Shown: positions 9,742 to 18,089 of the stretch, piece by piece
Layout of the letters: every line of letters begins with the position of its first letter
Numbering within the stretch: the first letter of the stretch is position 1
Assembly: GCA_015272195.1 (NCBI GenBank)
Contig: JACYMC010000023.1
Coordinates: forward strand, 5,352 to 69,351
Length of the DNA stretch: 64,000 nt
Direction of reading: 5' to 3'
Source: Candidatus Sericytochromatia bacterium
GTDB taxonomy: Bacteria > Cyanobacteriota > Sericytochromatia > UBA7694
The notes under the pieces: generated by a model
What the model was told of the DNA's origin: nothing
What the model saw: the letters and a program-made list of their open reading frames with translations, nothing else
Databases searched by the model: none
Position numbers and translations under genes: made by a program

Positions 9742-10503
9742 CTAATACGACGGGGTCTTGGGTGTTGGTAAAGTTAAAGTCCCTTTTTGTTGACCACGGG
9801 ACAGGGTCACGCGCTTTTGCTCAAAGTGAATGGATGTCACCAGGATGTTTCCTGACAAGCGTTCACCCACTCGAACCATTTCAGTGGCGCCATTAACCTC
9901 AATCAGCGCAATGGGATCAATACCACCATCAATCAGGCCTTTCAGACTAAGACCCTGTTCGAGTGGGGCAACCACAGGCACAGCGGATGCTGGCGTAGGA
10001 ACAGGACGGGGTGTGGCCACAACCTGTACTGCAGCCTCTTCATCAGGGGGCAGCATGAGCTGGGGTAAAGCCAGCTGCTCAGGTGAAATCGCGGTTTCAA
10101 ACGCTGGCAAATTGGGGGGAAACATCGATTTAAAGGGGTCCATTCTTCCGGCATGCAGCTGTGCTTCGCGCAATACAGCGTCAGGCGAAGTGGCAGCAAT
10201 GCCAAAGGTCTCCATTGCACTGGCTGTAGGCGAAGGTTCAGGTGTCGGGCTGGGAGAAGGACTGGCGCTCGCAGCGGGTGAGGCACTGGGCTGAGCGCCG
10301 GGAGAAGCGCTGGCATCCGGGCTGGCACTGGCCGCGCTGCTCGGTTGAGAAGAAGGCTCTCCAGAAGCCGTTTCAGCGGGTGTTGGCGTCGCACTGGCGA
10401 TAACATCAGGCCCCGTCGCATCTTCTGGCAAAGAAACGGAAAGGAGCAAGAGGCTGGTGGCCGCAATCAGCAAAGCGGGCAAAATCACCATATGTTTATT
10501 CAT
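9742..10503 (-). CDS. pilP: PilP-like pilus assembly lipoprotein with a Pro/Ala/Ser-rich linker
   Basis: Signal peptide, long PAS-rich linker, C-terminal beta-rich domain. Sits between pilO and pilQ. Confidence 0.5.
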   Translation of the reverse strand: MNKHMVILPALLIAATSLLLLSVSLPEDATGPDVIASATPTPAETASGEPSSQPSSAASASPDASASPGAQPSASPAASASPSPSPTPEPSPTASAMETFGIAATSPDAVLREAQLHAGRMDPFKSMFPPNLPAFETAISPEQLALPQLMLPPDEEAAVQVVATPRPVPTPASAVPVVAPLEQGLSLKGLIDGGIDPIALIEVNGATEMVRVGERLSGNILVTSIHFEQKRVTLSRGQQKGTLTLPTPKTPSY

Positions 10504-10505
10504 GA

Positions 10506-11156
10506 CTAGCTTCCTCCCGCCAGCAAAAAGGCTTTCAGTGTAAAGGAGACGTTCACTGGGGTATAAAGATCATCCTGGTCTTCAACCGGCAAAATCGAAA
10601 GTTCATCAAGACCCAGCGTCCGCTCATAGCTTTCGTAGTCTTGCAGGAGTTTGATCAAATCAGGATAAGAAATCCGGGAAAGCCGAACATTAACAGGCAG
10701 TTGTTTAAGCTGTTTGGCCGTTTCTGAATCTTCGGCATCTTTTAAAGACGCCGGCAGATTAAAGTTCACGATATCGCGGGGGCGAAACTCATTCAGCACG
10801 GCGGCATTACCATAAAGCGCTTTATTTTCCGTGATCTCTTCCACGTCAAGCAAAAGAGGCGCAATATTCGCTTCCTTCGGTATCTTGCGACGCAAAAGAA
10901 CCAGCTTGTCTTCAATATCTTTCAACTCTTTTTTAAGTTCAGGCAAATTTTTTACCTGCAATTCTTTGGTCTGGATTTCGGTTTCCTGCTCGGCAATCTC
11001 GGCTTCCAACGCCTGTAAATTGGTCCATTTGGGGTAGAGATCAAAATAACCACCCGCAAGCAAAATAGCCAGTGCCGTCAATCCACCGGCCAGCACCTTT
11101 TGAAACGGCGTAATATTGTCTGTGTCAATAGTGCGGCCAAAAAGTTCCGTCTTCAT
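10506..11156 (-). CDS. pilO: Type IV pilus assembly protein PilO-like
   Basis: N-terminal TM helix followed by a coiled coil ('LEAEIAEQETEIQTKELQ'). Operon position after pilN. Confidence 0.55.
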   Translation of the reverse strand: MKTELFGRTIDTDNITPFQKVLAGGLTALAILLAGGYFDLYPKWTNLQALEAEIAEQETEIQTKELQVKNLPELKKELKDIEDKLVLLRRKIPKEANIAPLLLDVEEITENKALYGNAAVLNEFRPRDIVNFNLPASLKDAEDSETAKQLKQLPVNVRLSRISYPDLIKLLQDYESYERTLGLDELSILPVEDQDDLYTPVNVSFTLKAFLLAGGS

Positions 11157-11159
11157 CGT

Positions 11160-11711
11160 TTAATTTGCCTCAATTTTGCAGGTAATCACAAAGTTTGTTG
11201 CAGCTTCCGGGGTCTCTTTTACGCTGGATAAGAGCTTGACACCGCCAATCATTTTAGAATTCTGCAGATTGACCAGAAACAGCGCAACCGAACGGTGATC
11301 TGTGGCTGTACCGTTTAATGAAACAGTACCCTGGGCATCAAATTTCAAGTCTTTAATCTGTACATCCAGAGGCATCAGGGTACGAATCTCTTGCAAAAGA
11401 TAGGACCAGCGATAGGTCTCCCCGGTGACATAGCGCAAGATTTTTTGTTCCACGAGCAAACTTGCTTTCTTGGCTTCCAGCTCCTTAATCTCTTTGAGCT
11501 GAGCTTCCAGCTTTTTAATTTTGGCTTCATTATCTGCTTTTGTTGCTTCAGCCGTGCTGATAAAACTGTTCAGCAAAGTGGACAAAGCCAGCCAAATAAG
11601 GGTGGCTGCCAGAACAGAGCCAATCGCTCCCGCCAGCGGTTTGTCAATGGCAAGCCCTCTGCCTTTGACGGCCTCCTTGCGTTCAACGCCTAAAAGGTTA
11701 ATATTGATCAT
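11160..11711 (-). CDS. pilN: Type IV pilus assembly protein PilN
   Basis: N-terminal 'MININLLG' (PilN INLLP-type motif), single TM, coiled coil. Follows pilM. Confidence 0.6.
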   Translation of the reverse strand: MININLLGVERKEAVKGRGLAIDKPLAGAIGSVLAATLIWLALSTLLNSFISTAEATKADNEAKIKKLEAQLKEIKELEAKKASLLVEQKILRYVTGETYRWSYLLQEIRTLMPLDVQIKDLKFDAQGTVSLNGTATDHRSVALFLVNLQNSKMIGGVKLLSSVKETPEAATNFVITCKIEAN

Positions 11712-11714
11712 GCG

Positions 11715-12878
11715 TCAGTTTCCTGCTATTCCTCTCCGAGCCAGTCCGATGGCGGTCGCAAAAAGAGTCGCCTGCGCTCTCAGTTCAGCCTGCGAAAACA
11801 CATCTGGGTCAAAATACAGATGTTTGATCGGATCCGCAATTTCGACATCAATTCCCAGCTGGTGCGAAAAGTACTGATCCAGACGCTTGATTTTAGCGCC
11901 CCGGTCAGAGAGCACCAGCTGCTGGATACGCGTATAATCCTGCTGGGATTGATGGAAATACTCAATCGACTTTTGAATTTCATTGGTCAGGTCTTTGAGT
12001 AAAAAGCGCACTTCTTCTGCAGCCCGCTCAACCATCGGATCTTCGAAGGTTTCGTCACCAATCACCGGAATTTCAAGGCGTTCAAAAATTGAGACCGCTT
12101 CTTCAAATTCAAGCCCCATATTACTGGCAATGGTTTCAATAAAGGTGCTGCTGCCCAGCGGAATACTCCTTGAAAAAAGCGGCGCACCGTTTTGGATGAC
12201 GTTCAGGTCTGTGGTTTCACCCCGAATCAAAATCAGAACGTTCAGCTGATCATCATTCACCTCCGCCTCTTCTTCCACGACAGGGCTCAAAGCCCGCATC
12301 ACGGCAAAAGAGGCCACATCAACAGCAACCAGCTCCAGCTCAGCCTGGGCAAAGGTTTCCAGATAGGTATCGATCAACTGCTTCTGGGCTGTCACGAGTA
12401 AAACATCGTATTTGCTCATGCCCTCTTCTTCAACAGTACCGGTAACCTCAAAGTCAATATATACATCCTGGATGGGGAAGGGAATGTAGCGTTCCGCATC
12501 ATGCAAAACCACCTCTTTAAGCTCCTTGCGTGGAATCGCCGGAAACTTAATCCGCGGACGGATAATGGCAGCCTGGCCTGAAACAGCAGTGATCACCTTA
12601 CGCGACTTAAACCCGTGCTCTGAAAGCAAAGACTTAATCTGTGCTGCGACCCTTGAAGGGTCAACGATTTCACCGTCACGCACAGCATTTTCAGGTGTGC
12701 GTACATGGGCCATACGCAACAGCTCAAGCTGATCGGGCTGATTTTTCATGGGCGCAATTTCAACAGCCAGGATAAATTCATTGGTAATATCAATACCAAT
12801 AGGCGGCTCTTTTGAAAAGGGATTTTTGAGCAAACGGGCCAGGGAGCCAGGGTTAATCTCTCGGCCAAATAGCTTCAT
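11715..12878 (-). CDS. pilM: Type IV pilus assembly ATPase-fold protein PilM
   Basis: 387 aa with an actin/FtsA-like fold ('IGIDITNEFILAVEI...'). First gene of pilMNOPQ. Confidence 0.75.
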   Translation of the reverse strand: MKLFGREINPGSLARLLKNPFSKEPPIGIDITNEFILAVEIAPMKNQPDQLELLRMAHVRTPENAVRDGEIVDPSRVAAQIKSLLSEHGFKSRKVITAVSGQAAIIRPRIKFPAIPRKELKEVVLHDAERYIPFPIQDVYIDFEVTGTVEEEGMSKYDVLLVTAQKQLIDTYLETFAQAELELVAVDVASFAVMRALSPVVEEEAEVNDDQLNVLILIRGETTDLNVIQNGAPLFSRSIPLGSSTFIETIASNMGLEFEEAVSIFERLEIPVIGDETFEDPMVERAAEEVRFLLKDLTNEIQKSIEYFHQSQQDYTRIQQLVLSDRGAKIKRLDQYFSHQLGIDVEIADPIKHLYFDPDVFSQAELRAQATLFATAIGLARRGIAGN

Positions 12879-12926
12879 GATAGGGATCCTTTGAAGTTCT
12901 TATTCTGCTTCATATTATTCATCATT

Positions 12927-13865
12927 CTACGAGATTGACTTATTAATATACCACGTCCATACACCATCACCAACACCCCACGATACCAGAGCACCCAGAA
13001 CCAGAAATGGCCCAAATGGAAAGGGCTTGCTTTGTCTGCTCACCAGGAGCAGGCCAAGACCTGCCAAAGCGCCAAGAGTAAAGGCCAATGCCAGTGCAAC
13101 AACCAATTTAGACGGCCCCAGCCAGATACCCAGGAGAATGGCAAGCTTGACATCTCCGCCGCCCATACCCTCTTTACGCAAGAAGATAATGCTAAGCAGC
13201 ATAATCAGCTCAAACAGAGCCCAGACACCCAAACCGGTGGCAAGCGCTAAAAAAAGCGTTCCTTGATATGCATTATAAAGGATCGCAATCAAAATGCTTG
13301 GGTATGTCATCACATTGAAGATAAACTGTGTATCCAAATCAATCCAGAAGATGGTCCACAACACAGCCACCAAAAACAGTGACAGCGGCAACTCAGGGCT
13401 CATGCCGGTCAGCCAGAAGGCATAACAAAACAAAGAGGCTGTCAGGGCCTCAATCAGGGGGTAGCGAAACGAAAACGCCTGTTGGCAGTGTCTGCATTTT
13501 CCTCTGAGCCAGAACCAGCTCAGTACAGGCAGATTATCGTACCATCTGACCGGCTGCTGGCAATGGCCACAGTGTGAGGCAGGAAAAGCAATGCCCTTCA
13601 AAACCAGGACCGACTCCTGCCAGAAATCTTTAAAGCAGTAGGCCACACTGAACCAGATGTCTGAGAGCACGTAGCGCAGTGCCCAGACGACACGGGCGAA
13701 AAAAGCGTCAGGAATACTCTGTTCTTCCTCCAGCTCCTCTTCTGTGCAGTCAGCCAGCAGAATAGCCGGGGTCCGAAAGATGACCACGTTTAAAAAGCTG
13801 CCAATCACCAGCCCAAAAAGAGCCACAAAAAGATAGAGAAACTCGGGGGACAAGACAGAGAGCAT
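12927..13865 (-). CDS. pilD: Prepilin peptidase (A24 family, PilD)
   Basis: Tetracysteine zinc site 'CGHCQQP...CRHCQQ', catalytic region 'GGGDVKL', polytopic membrane protein. Confidence 0.85.
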   Translation of the reverse strand: MLSVLSPEFLYLFVALFGLVIGSFLNVVIFRTPAILLADCTEEELEEEQSIPDAFFARVVWALRYVLSDIWFSVAYCFKDFWQESVLVLKGIAFPASHCGHCQQPVRWYDNLPVLSWFWLRGKCRHCQQAFSFRYPLIEALTASLFCYAFWLTGMSPELPLSLFLVAVLWTIFWIDLDTQFIFNVMTYPSILIAILYNAYQGTLFLALATGLGVWALFELIMLLSIIFLRKEGMGGGDVKLAILLGIWLGPSKLVVALALAFTLGALAGLGLLLVSRQSKPFPFGPFLVLGALVSWGVGDGVWTWYINKSIS

Positions 13866-13923
13866 GCTGCACGTCTTTCTTTCTTAACATCTCTTTACAA
13901 ATTACAGCAAGAAGTGTGGCGGG

Positions 13924-15174
13924 TCAAGCGTTTAAAGCGTGATAAGGGTGGTCTGGATTAAAAAAGTCCACCAGAACCCCCTGGTGTTCGATCATCAAGT
14001 GTTCAAAAGCAATCCGGCGGGACTGAATTTCCAGCGCAATATCTGCAGCACGCCACTGCGCAGGAATAATAATGATATCAACAGGCTCGGCTTCAAGCAA
14101 ATCACAGGATTCGATTTGATAAGCCGTGCCAGGAACATAGGTCCCCACTTTCAGCGGGTCAGAATCCACTACCCGCAGGGGAAAGCCCACCGGCTCCAGC
14201 CCAAAATGATGCACAAAAGCAGCGCCTTTACCTGTACCACCCCAAAGGGCCAGGCGCTTACCCGACTTCAGCAGAGCATCTACCTGCCGGGCAATCTGCT
14301 GTTGTGCCCTGTGAGCAAGCAGCTTGAAGTGCTGTGTTTCAGCAAGGGTTTTCTGGCATTCAGGCATGGCTTTAAGACGCAGCAAACCAAAAATCACCTC
14401 GCCATTGTAACCGGTTTCAATAAAATGGGTTTCGCAAGGCAGGCTTTGCAACATGATCTCAAACGAGCGGCTGGTGAAATGAGAGTTATGCTCATAATAA
14501 AGATCTTCCAGACGACCAAAAGCCAGCAGCCGATCCACACAAGGCACTTCAAAAAACAGGTGGGGATAAACCTCATAGCAGGACGAAAAAAAGACGGTTT
14601 CCTGCAGAAACGCCAGAGGATTCATTAAATGCTCTAAAACATGTCGGCTTAGCACCAAATCAGGACGATACGCAGAAAGATGTTTGGCAGGTTCAAACAA
14701 GCACGCCGCCAAAGACACATTGGCTTCTGAGGCCGTCTGACCCGTCTGTAAATTGGGGTCAAAACCAATAAAACGACCGTCCGGACACAAAGAGGCCAGT
14801 CGCTTCAAAAAAGCACCCTGACCGCAGCCAACTTCTATCACCACCGGATTTTCCGGCAGAACGGCCAGCAGACGTTGGGCCAGCTGATCCAGATGGGACT
14901 GCCAGATCTGGCTGTCGTTATACATCAGATTGGGATGAGACTGATAAGGCACCTGATGATACGCAAAAGAACGATTATAAATATGGCCACAGCGGACACA
15001 CCGCATAAAGTCGAGCGGATAGCGAGGCATTTCACAGGAGCTTTGTGCACTGCTTGGCCACCCCAGGGTTGCAAGCGGGCGGTTTTCACTTTGAAACAAA
15101 GTCACCGCCCAGGCAAAACCACAGGCCAGACAGACCGAGGGTTGAGGTTGAAGAGATTCTGAAAGCTTAGACAT
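13924..15174 (-). CDS. Class I SAM-dependent methyltransferase with an N-terminal zinc ribbon (NDP-sugar C-methyltransferase-like)
   Basis: 'CLACG...CVRCGH' zinc ribbon and SAM motif I 'VIEVGCGQGAF'. The start was moved to the internal Met (MSKLSE); the ORF track extends to 15285. Confidence 0.55.
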   Translation of the reverse strand: MSKLSESLQPQPSVCLACGFAWAVTLFQSENRPLATLGWPSSAQSSCEMPRYPLDFMRCVRCGHIYNRSFAYHQVPYQSHPNLMYNDSQIWQSHLDQLAQRLLAVLPENPVVIEVGCGQGAFLKRLASLCPDGRFIGFDPNLQTGQTASEANVSLAACLFEPAKHLSAYRPDLVLSRHVLEHLMNPLAFLQETVFFSSCYEVYPHLFFEVPCVDRLLAFGRLEDLYYEHNSHFTSRSFEIMLQSLPCETHFIETGYNGEVIFGLLRLKAMPECQKTLAETQHFKLLAHRAQQQIARQVDALLKSGKRLALWGGTGKGAAFVHHFGLEPVGFPLRVVDSDPLKVGTYVPGTAYQIESCDLLEAEPVDIIIIPAQWRAADIALEIQSRRIAFEHLMIEHQGVLVDFFNPDHPYHALNA

Positions 15175-15300
15175 AAGCTGTATATTAACCGATTCTCCAG
15201 CCAGACAAAAGTCAGAGGCATTTTCACAATCCCCGCTCAAGAATGCTATCATGCATAAAATCCGAAAACTAAAAATCAAGCACAATCAGGTGAGGTTTTA

Positions 15301-16173
15301 ATGGCTATTCTTCTTGATGCACAAACACGCGTGCTGGTCCAGGGTATTACCGGACGCGATGGTTCTTTTCATACCCAGCAAATGCTGGATTACGGCACAT
15401 CTGTCGTAGCAGGTGTAACCCCTGGCAAAAAAGGTCAGGAAATGGCTGGCGTTCCCGTCTTTAATACGGTTCAGGAAGCAGTGGACGCGACGGCAGCCAA
15501 CTGCTCCATTATTTTTGTCCCCCCCCGTTTTGCCACTGACGCCATTCTGGAAGCTGCTGATGCAAAAATCCCATTGATTATCTGTATCACCGAAGGTGTT
15601 CCTGTCCAGGAAATGATTGGCGCATATCAGTATGTTCAGCAGGCCGGTTGTCGCCTGATTGGGCCAAACTGCCCGGGCCTGATTGCACCCGGTGCAGCCA
15701 AAGTGGGCATCATGCCCGGGCATATTCACAAAGCCGGCAACATCGGCGTGATTTCACGCAGTGGTACGCTGACCTATGAAGTGGTCTACCAGCTGACACA
15801 GGCCGGTATGGGACAGTCTACCTGTGTGGGTATTGGCGGCGATCCGATTATCGGCACCAAATATGTTGATCTGCTGGAACTGTTTGAAGCAGATCCCGAA
15901 ACTGAAGCCATTGTACTGATTGGTGAAATTGGCGGCAACGATGAAGAAGTGGCTGCAGAATACATTGCCAAACATGTCAGCAAACCTGTTGTCAGCTTTA
16001 TTTCTGGCCGCACCGCACCGCCTGGCAAACGCATGGGTCATGCTGGTGCCATTATTTCAGGCAGCAGCGGCACAGCTGAAGCCAAAGTCGAAGCCCTGAA
16101 TGCTGCCGGCGTTCCTGTGGCAGACACACCCGCACAGGTTGTAGGTCTTTTACAGGAGAGGCTAAAAGCCTGA
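15301..16173 (+). CDS. sucD: Succinyl-CoA ligase alpha subunit (CoA-binding, ADP-forming family)
   Basis: 290 aa. '[15 protein letters not shown]', 'GEIGG', phosphohistidine region 'MGHAGAII'. No sucC upstream. Confidence 0.8.
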   Translation: MAILLDAQTRVLVQGITGRDGSFHTQQMLDYGTSVVAGVTPGKKGQEMAGVPVFNTVQEAVDATAANCSIIFVPPRFATDAILEAADAKIPLIICITEGVPVQEMIGAYQYVQQAGCRLIGPNCPGLIAPGAAKVGIMPGHIHKAGNIGVISRSGTLTYEVVYQLTQAGMGQSTCVGIGGDPIIGTKYVDLLELFEADPETEAIVLIGEIGGNDEEVAAEYIAKHVSKPVVSFISGRTAPPGKRMGHAGAIISGSSGTAEAKVEALNAAGVPVADTPAQVVGLLQERLKA

Positions 16174-16215
16174 TTTGGATTCAGGGATCGCAACATGCGC
16201 TCGAAAAACTGAGAC

Positions 16216-16644
16216 ATGAAAGCCCCTGAGAACAAACTGTTTAATCTGGTCCCTCATCTGGGTGTTCAGCACATTTTAATCTGGACACCCAGTGAATCCA
16301 GCTTCCGAATCGTCGAACGGATCTTAAACAAGTTGGAGAACATTGAAATACACTGGCACAGCCAGGTCATCGACGCACTGGCCGATGTTTTTATGCGTCG
16401 GCCACCTCTGGTGGTTATTTTTGGTGATACCAACACCGAAAGCCTTGAGTTTGCACGCCTGATCAGAAATCACCAGGACTTTAAAAAAACACCTTTGTTT
16501 ACCATTCTGCCCGAAAACATCAAGCTGCAAACACGCCTGATTAAAAAGCTGGGTATTACAGAAGTCTTTCAGACACCTGTAGAGCCCGGTCGTTTGTTTA
16601 ACCGGACCCGTCAGATTATTTCAGAGTTAGAGACAAGCAGATAA
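16216..16644 (+). CDS. CheY-like receiver-fold protein, degenerate (no obvious DD acidic pocket)
   Basis: 142 aa with receiver-like spacing: 'PLVVIFGDTN', 'TPLFTILPE', 'K...ITEVFQTP'. Confidence 0.35.
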   Translation: MKAPENKLFNLVPHLGVQHILIWTPSESSFRIVERILNKLENIEIHWHSQVIDALADVFMRRPPLVVIFGDTNTESLEFARLIRNHQDFKKTPLFTILPENIKLQTRLIKKLGITEVFQTPVEPGRLFNRTRQIISELETSR

Positions 16645-16655
16645 AGCGATTGGCT

Positions 16656-17552
16656 TTAGCCACCCATCAGTGAGGCACCCATTTCTGGCAGGCGCTGAAT
16701 GCGATCAAGCCCGGCCTGAGCGTTCTCATTATCTGGATCAATCAACAGGATCTGCTGATAGGTTTCCTGGGCTTTTTCAAGATTGCCCTGCTCTTCATAA
16801 AGAATGCCACAGAGCTCATAAACCTGCATGGTTTCAACCCCTGCTTCAAGTGCCCGCTCCAACAAAGGCAAGGCTTCAGCGTGGCGGCCAGTTTCAATAT
16901 AAATAATGCCCAGACGCACCAAAGGGGTTAACAGCTCAGGCTCGTCTTGATGCAAACGCTGAAGCTCACGCTCGGCAGCGTCATAACGCCCCATCCGGCG
17001 GTAAATTTCAGACAGTAAGATTCTGGACTCCTGATGCCTGGGAAACAGGCGCAGCGCATCCAGAACATTGGCCATTGCAGGGTAATGGTCACCCATCTCC
17101 ATATAAATAGAACCCAGCATAAACGCAGCCTGAAAGGTATTGCCATTTAACTTGAGAACACGCTCAAAAGACTGACGGGCTTTTTCAAGGTTTTGGGTCT
17201 GGCCATAAAGAATACCCAGATTGATATGGACATCGATATTCTGAGGATCCAGCTGGGCCGCTTTGGTATAGGTTTGCTCAGCCCTGACCAGATCACCGAG
17301 CATAAACTGGGCGCTGCCAAGGTTAAGATAGGCGTGAAACATGCGGTCGTCGTACTGAATGGCCTTATGAAGGTAATCCAGCGCTTCCTGCAGGCGCTGT
17401 TGTACAAGCGCAATCATACCAAGATTACAACAGGCGGCTGCAGAGCGGGGCTCTGCAGCCAGAACAGACTCAAAAATCGCCTGCGCCGTCTCTAAATCCT
17501 GCTGCTGAAGCGCTTCAACGCCTTCATGAATACGTTGTTGCAAATCAAGCAT
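16656..17552 (-). CDS. TPR repeat protein (last gene of the novel operon)
   Basis: Repeated 34-aa units (A..Y..A....G....A). 5-nt gap from the upstream gene. Confidence 0.7.
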   Translation of the reverse strand: MLDLQQRIHEGVEALQQQDLETAQAIFESVLAAEPRSAAACCNLGMIALVQQRLQEALDYLHKAIQYDDRMFHAYLNLGSAQFMLGDLVRAEQTYTKAAQLDPQNIDVHINLGILYGQTQNLEKARQSFERVLKLNGNTFQAAFMLGSIYMEMGDHYPAMANVLDALRLFPRHQESRILLSEIYRRMGRYDAAERELQRLHQDEPELLTPLVRLGIIYIETGRHAEALPLLERALEAGVETMQVYELCGILYEEQGNLEKAQETYQQILLIDPDNENAQAGLDRIQRLPEMGASLMGG

Positions 17553-17557
17553 AATGG

Positions 17558-18076
17558 TTAGGAAAGTGTACGGTTAAAGGACAGGTCAGTCGCAGACTCC
17601 CCAGCTTTCAAAGCGGTGGGCTTCTGTTCGAGAGACATTTCGCTTTCCTGTTTTTTCTCCTGAACTTTTTTCTGCAGGGCGTTCATGTCTTCTGTCAACT
17701 GCGCCAGAATTTTAGAAAACTCAGCAAAGAGCTCATCGACACTGACAGCATCAGGTGTAGGGGCCAGGTTAATCTGGTCTTCAAGGGCATTGGCCTGGGC
17801 CACCAGCGCACTGACTTTGGAGCTGACCAGGGCAGCGGCCTGCTGCAGATCAACCATCTCGGCATTGGACTGGGGCGGCGCAGAGCTGGCGGCGTTCAAA
17901 ACGCTACCCAGCTGAGCAAAAAGCTGACCGGCAGCACCTGTAGGCTCGGCACTGGGCTGTCCACCACTCTGCTGAGCTGACTGAGCCTGCTGCTGCGAAG
18001 CATTCACCTGTTGCTGAGCCTGGGCCAGGGCATTGGTCGTGTTCACCATTTCTGTCAGTTTACTTAAATCAATCAT
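17558..18076 (-). CDS. Gln/Ala-rich coiled-coil protein
   Basis: 172 aa with heptad-like segments. 13-nt gap from the 1181-aa gene. Confidence 0.45.
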   Translation of the reverse strand: MIDLSKLTEMVNTTNALAQAQQQVNASQQQAQSAQQSGGQPSAEPTGAAGQLFAQLGSVLNAASSAPPQSNAEMVDLQQAAALVSSKVSALVAQANALEDQINLAPTPDAVSVDELFAEFSKILAQLTEDMNALQKKVQEKKQESEMSLEQKPTALKAGESATDLSFNRTLS

Positions 18077-18089
18077 CTTTCGTCCTCCT

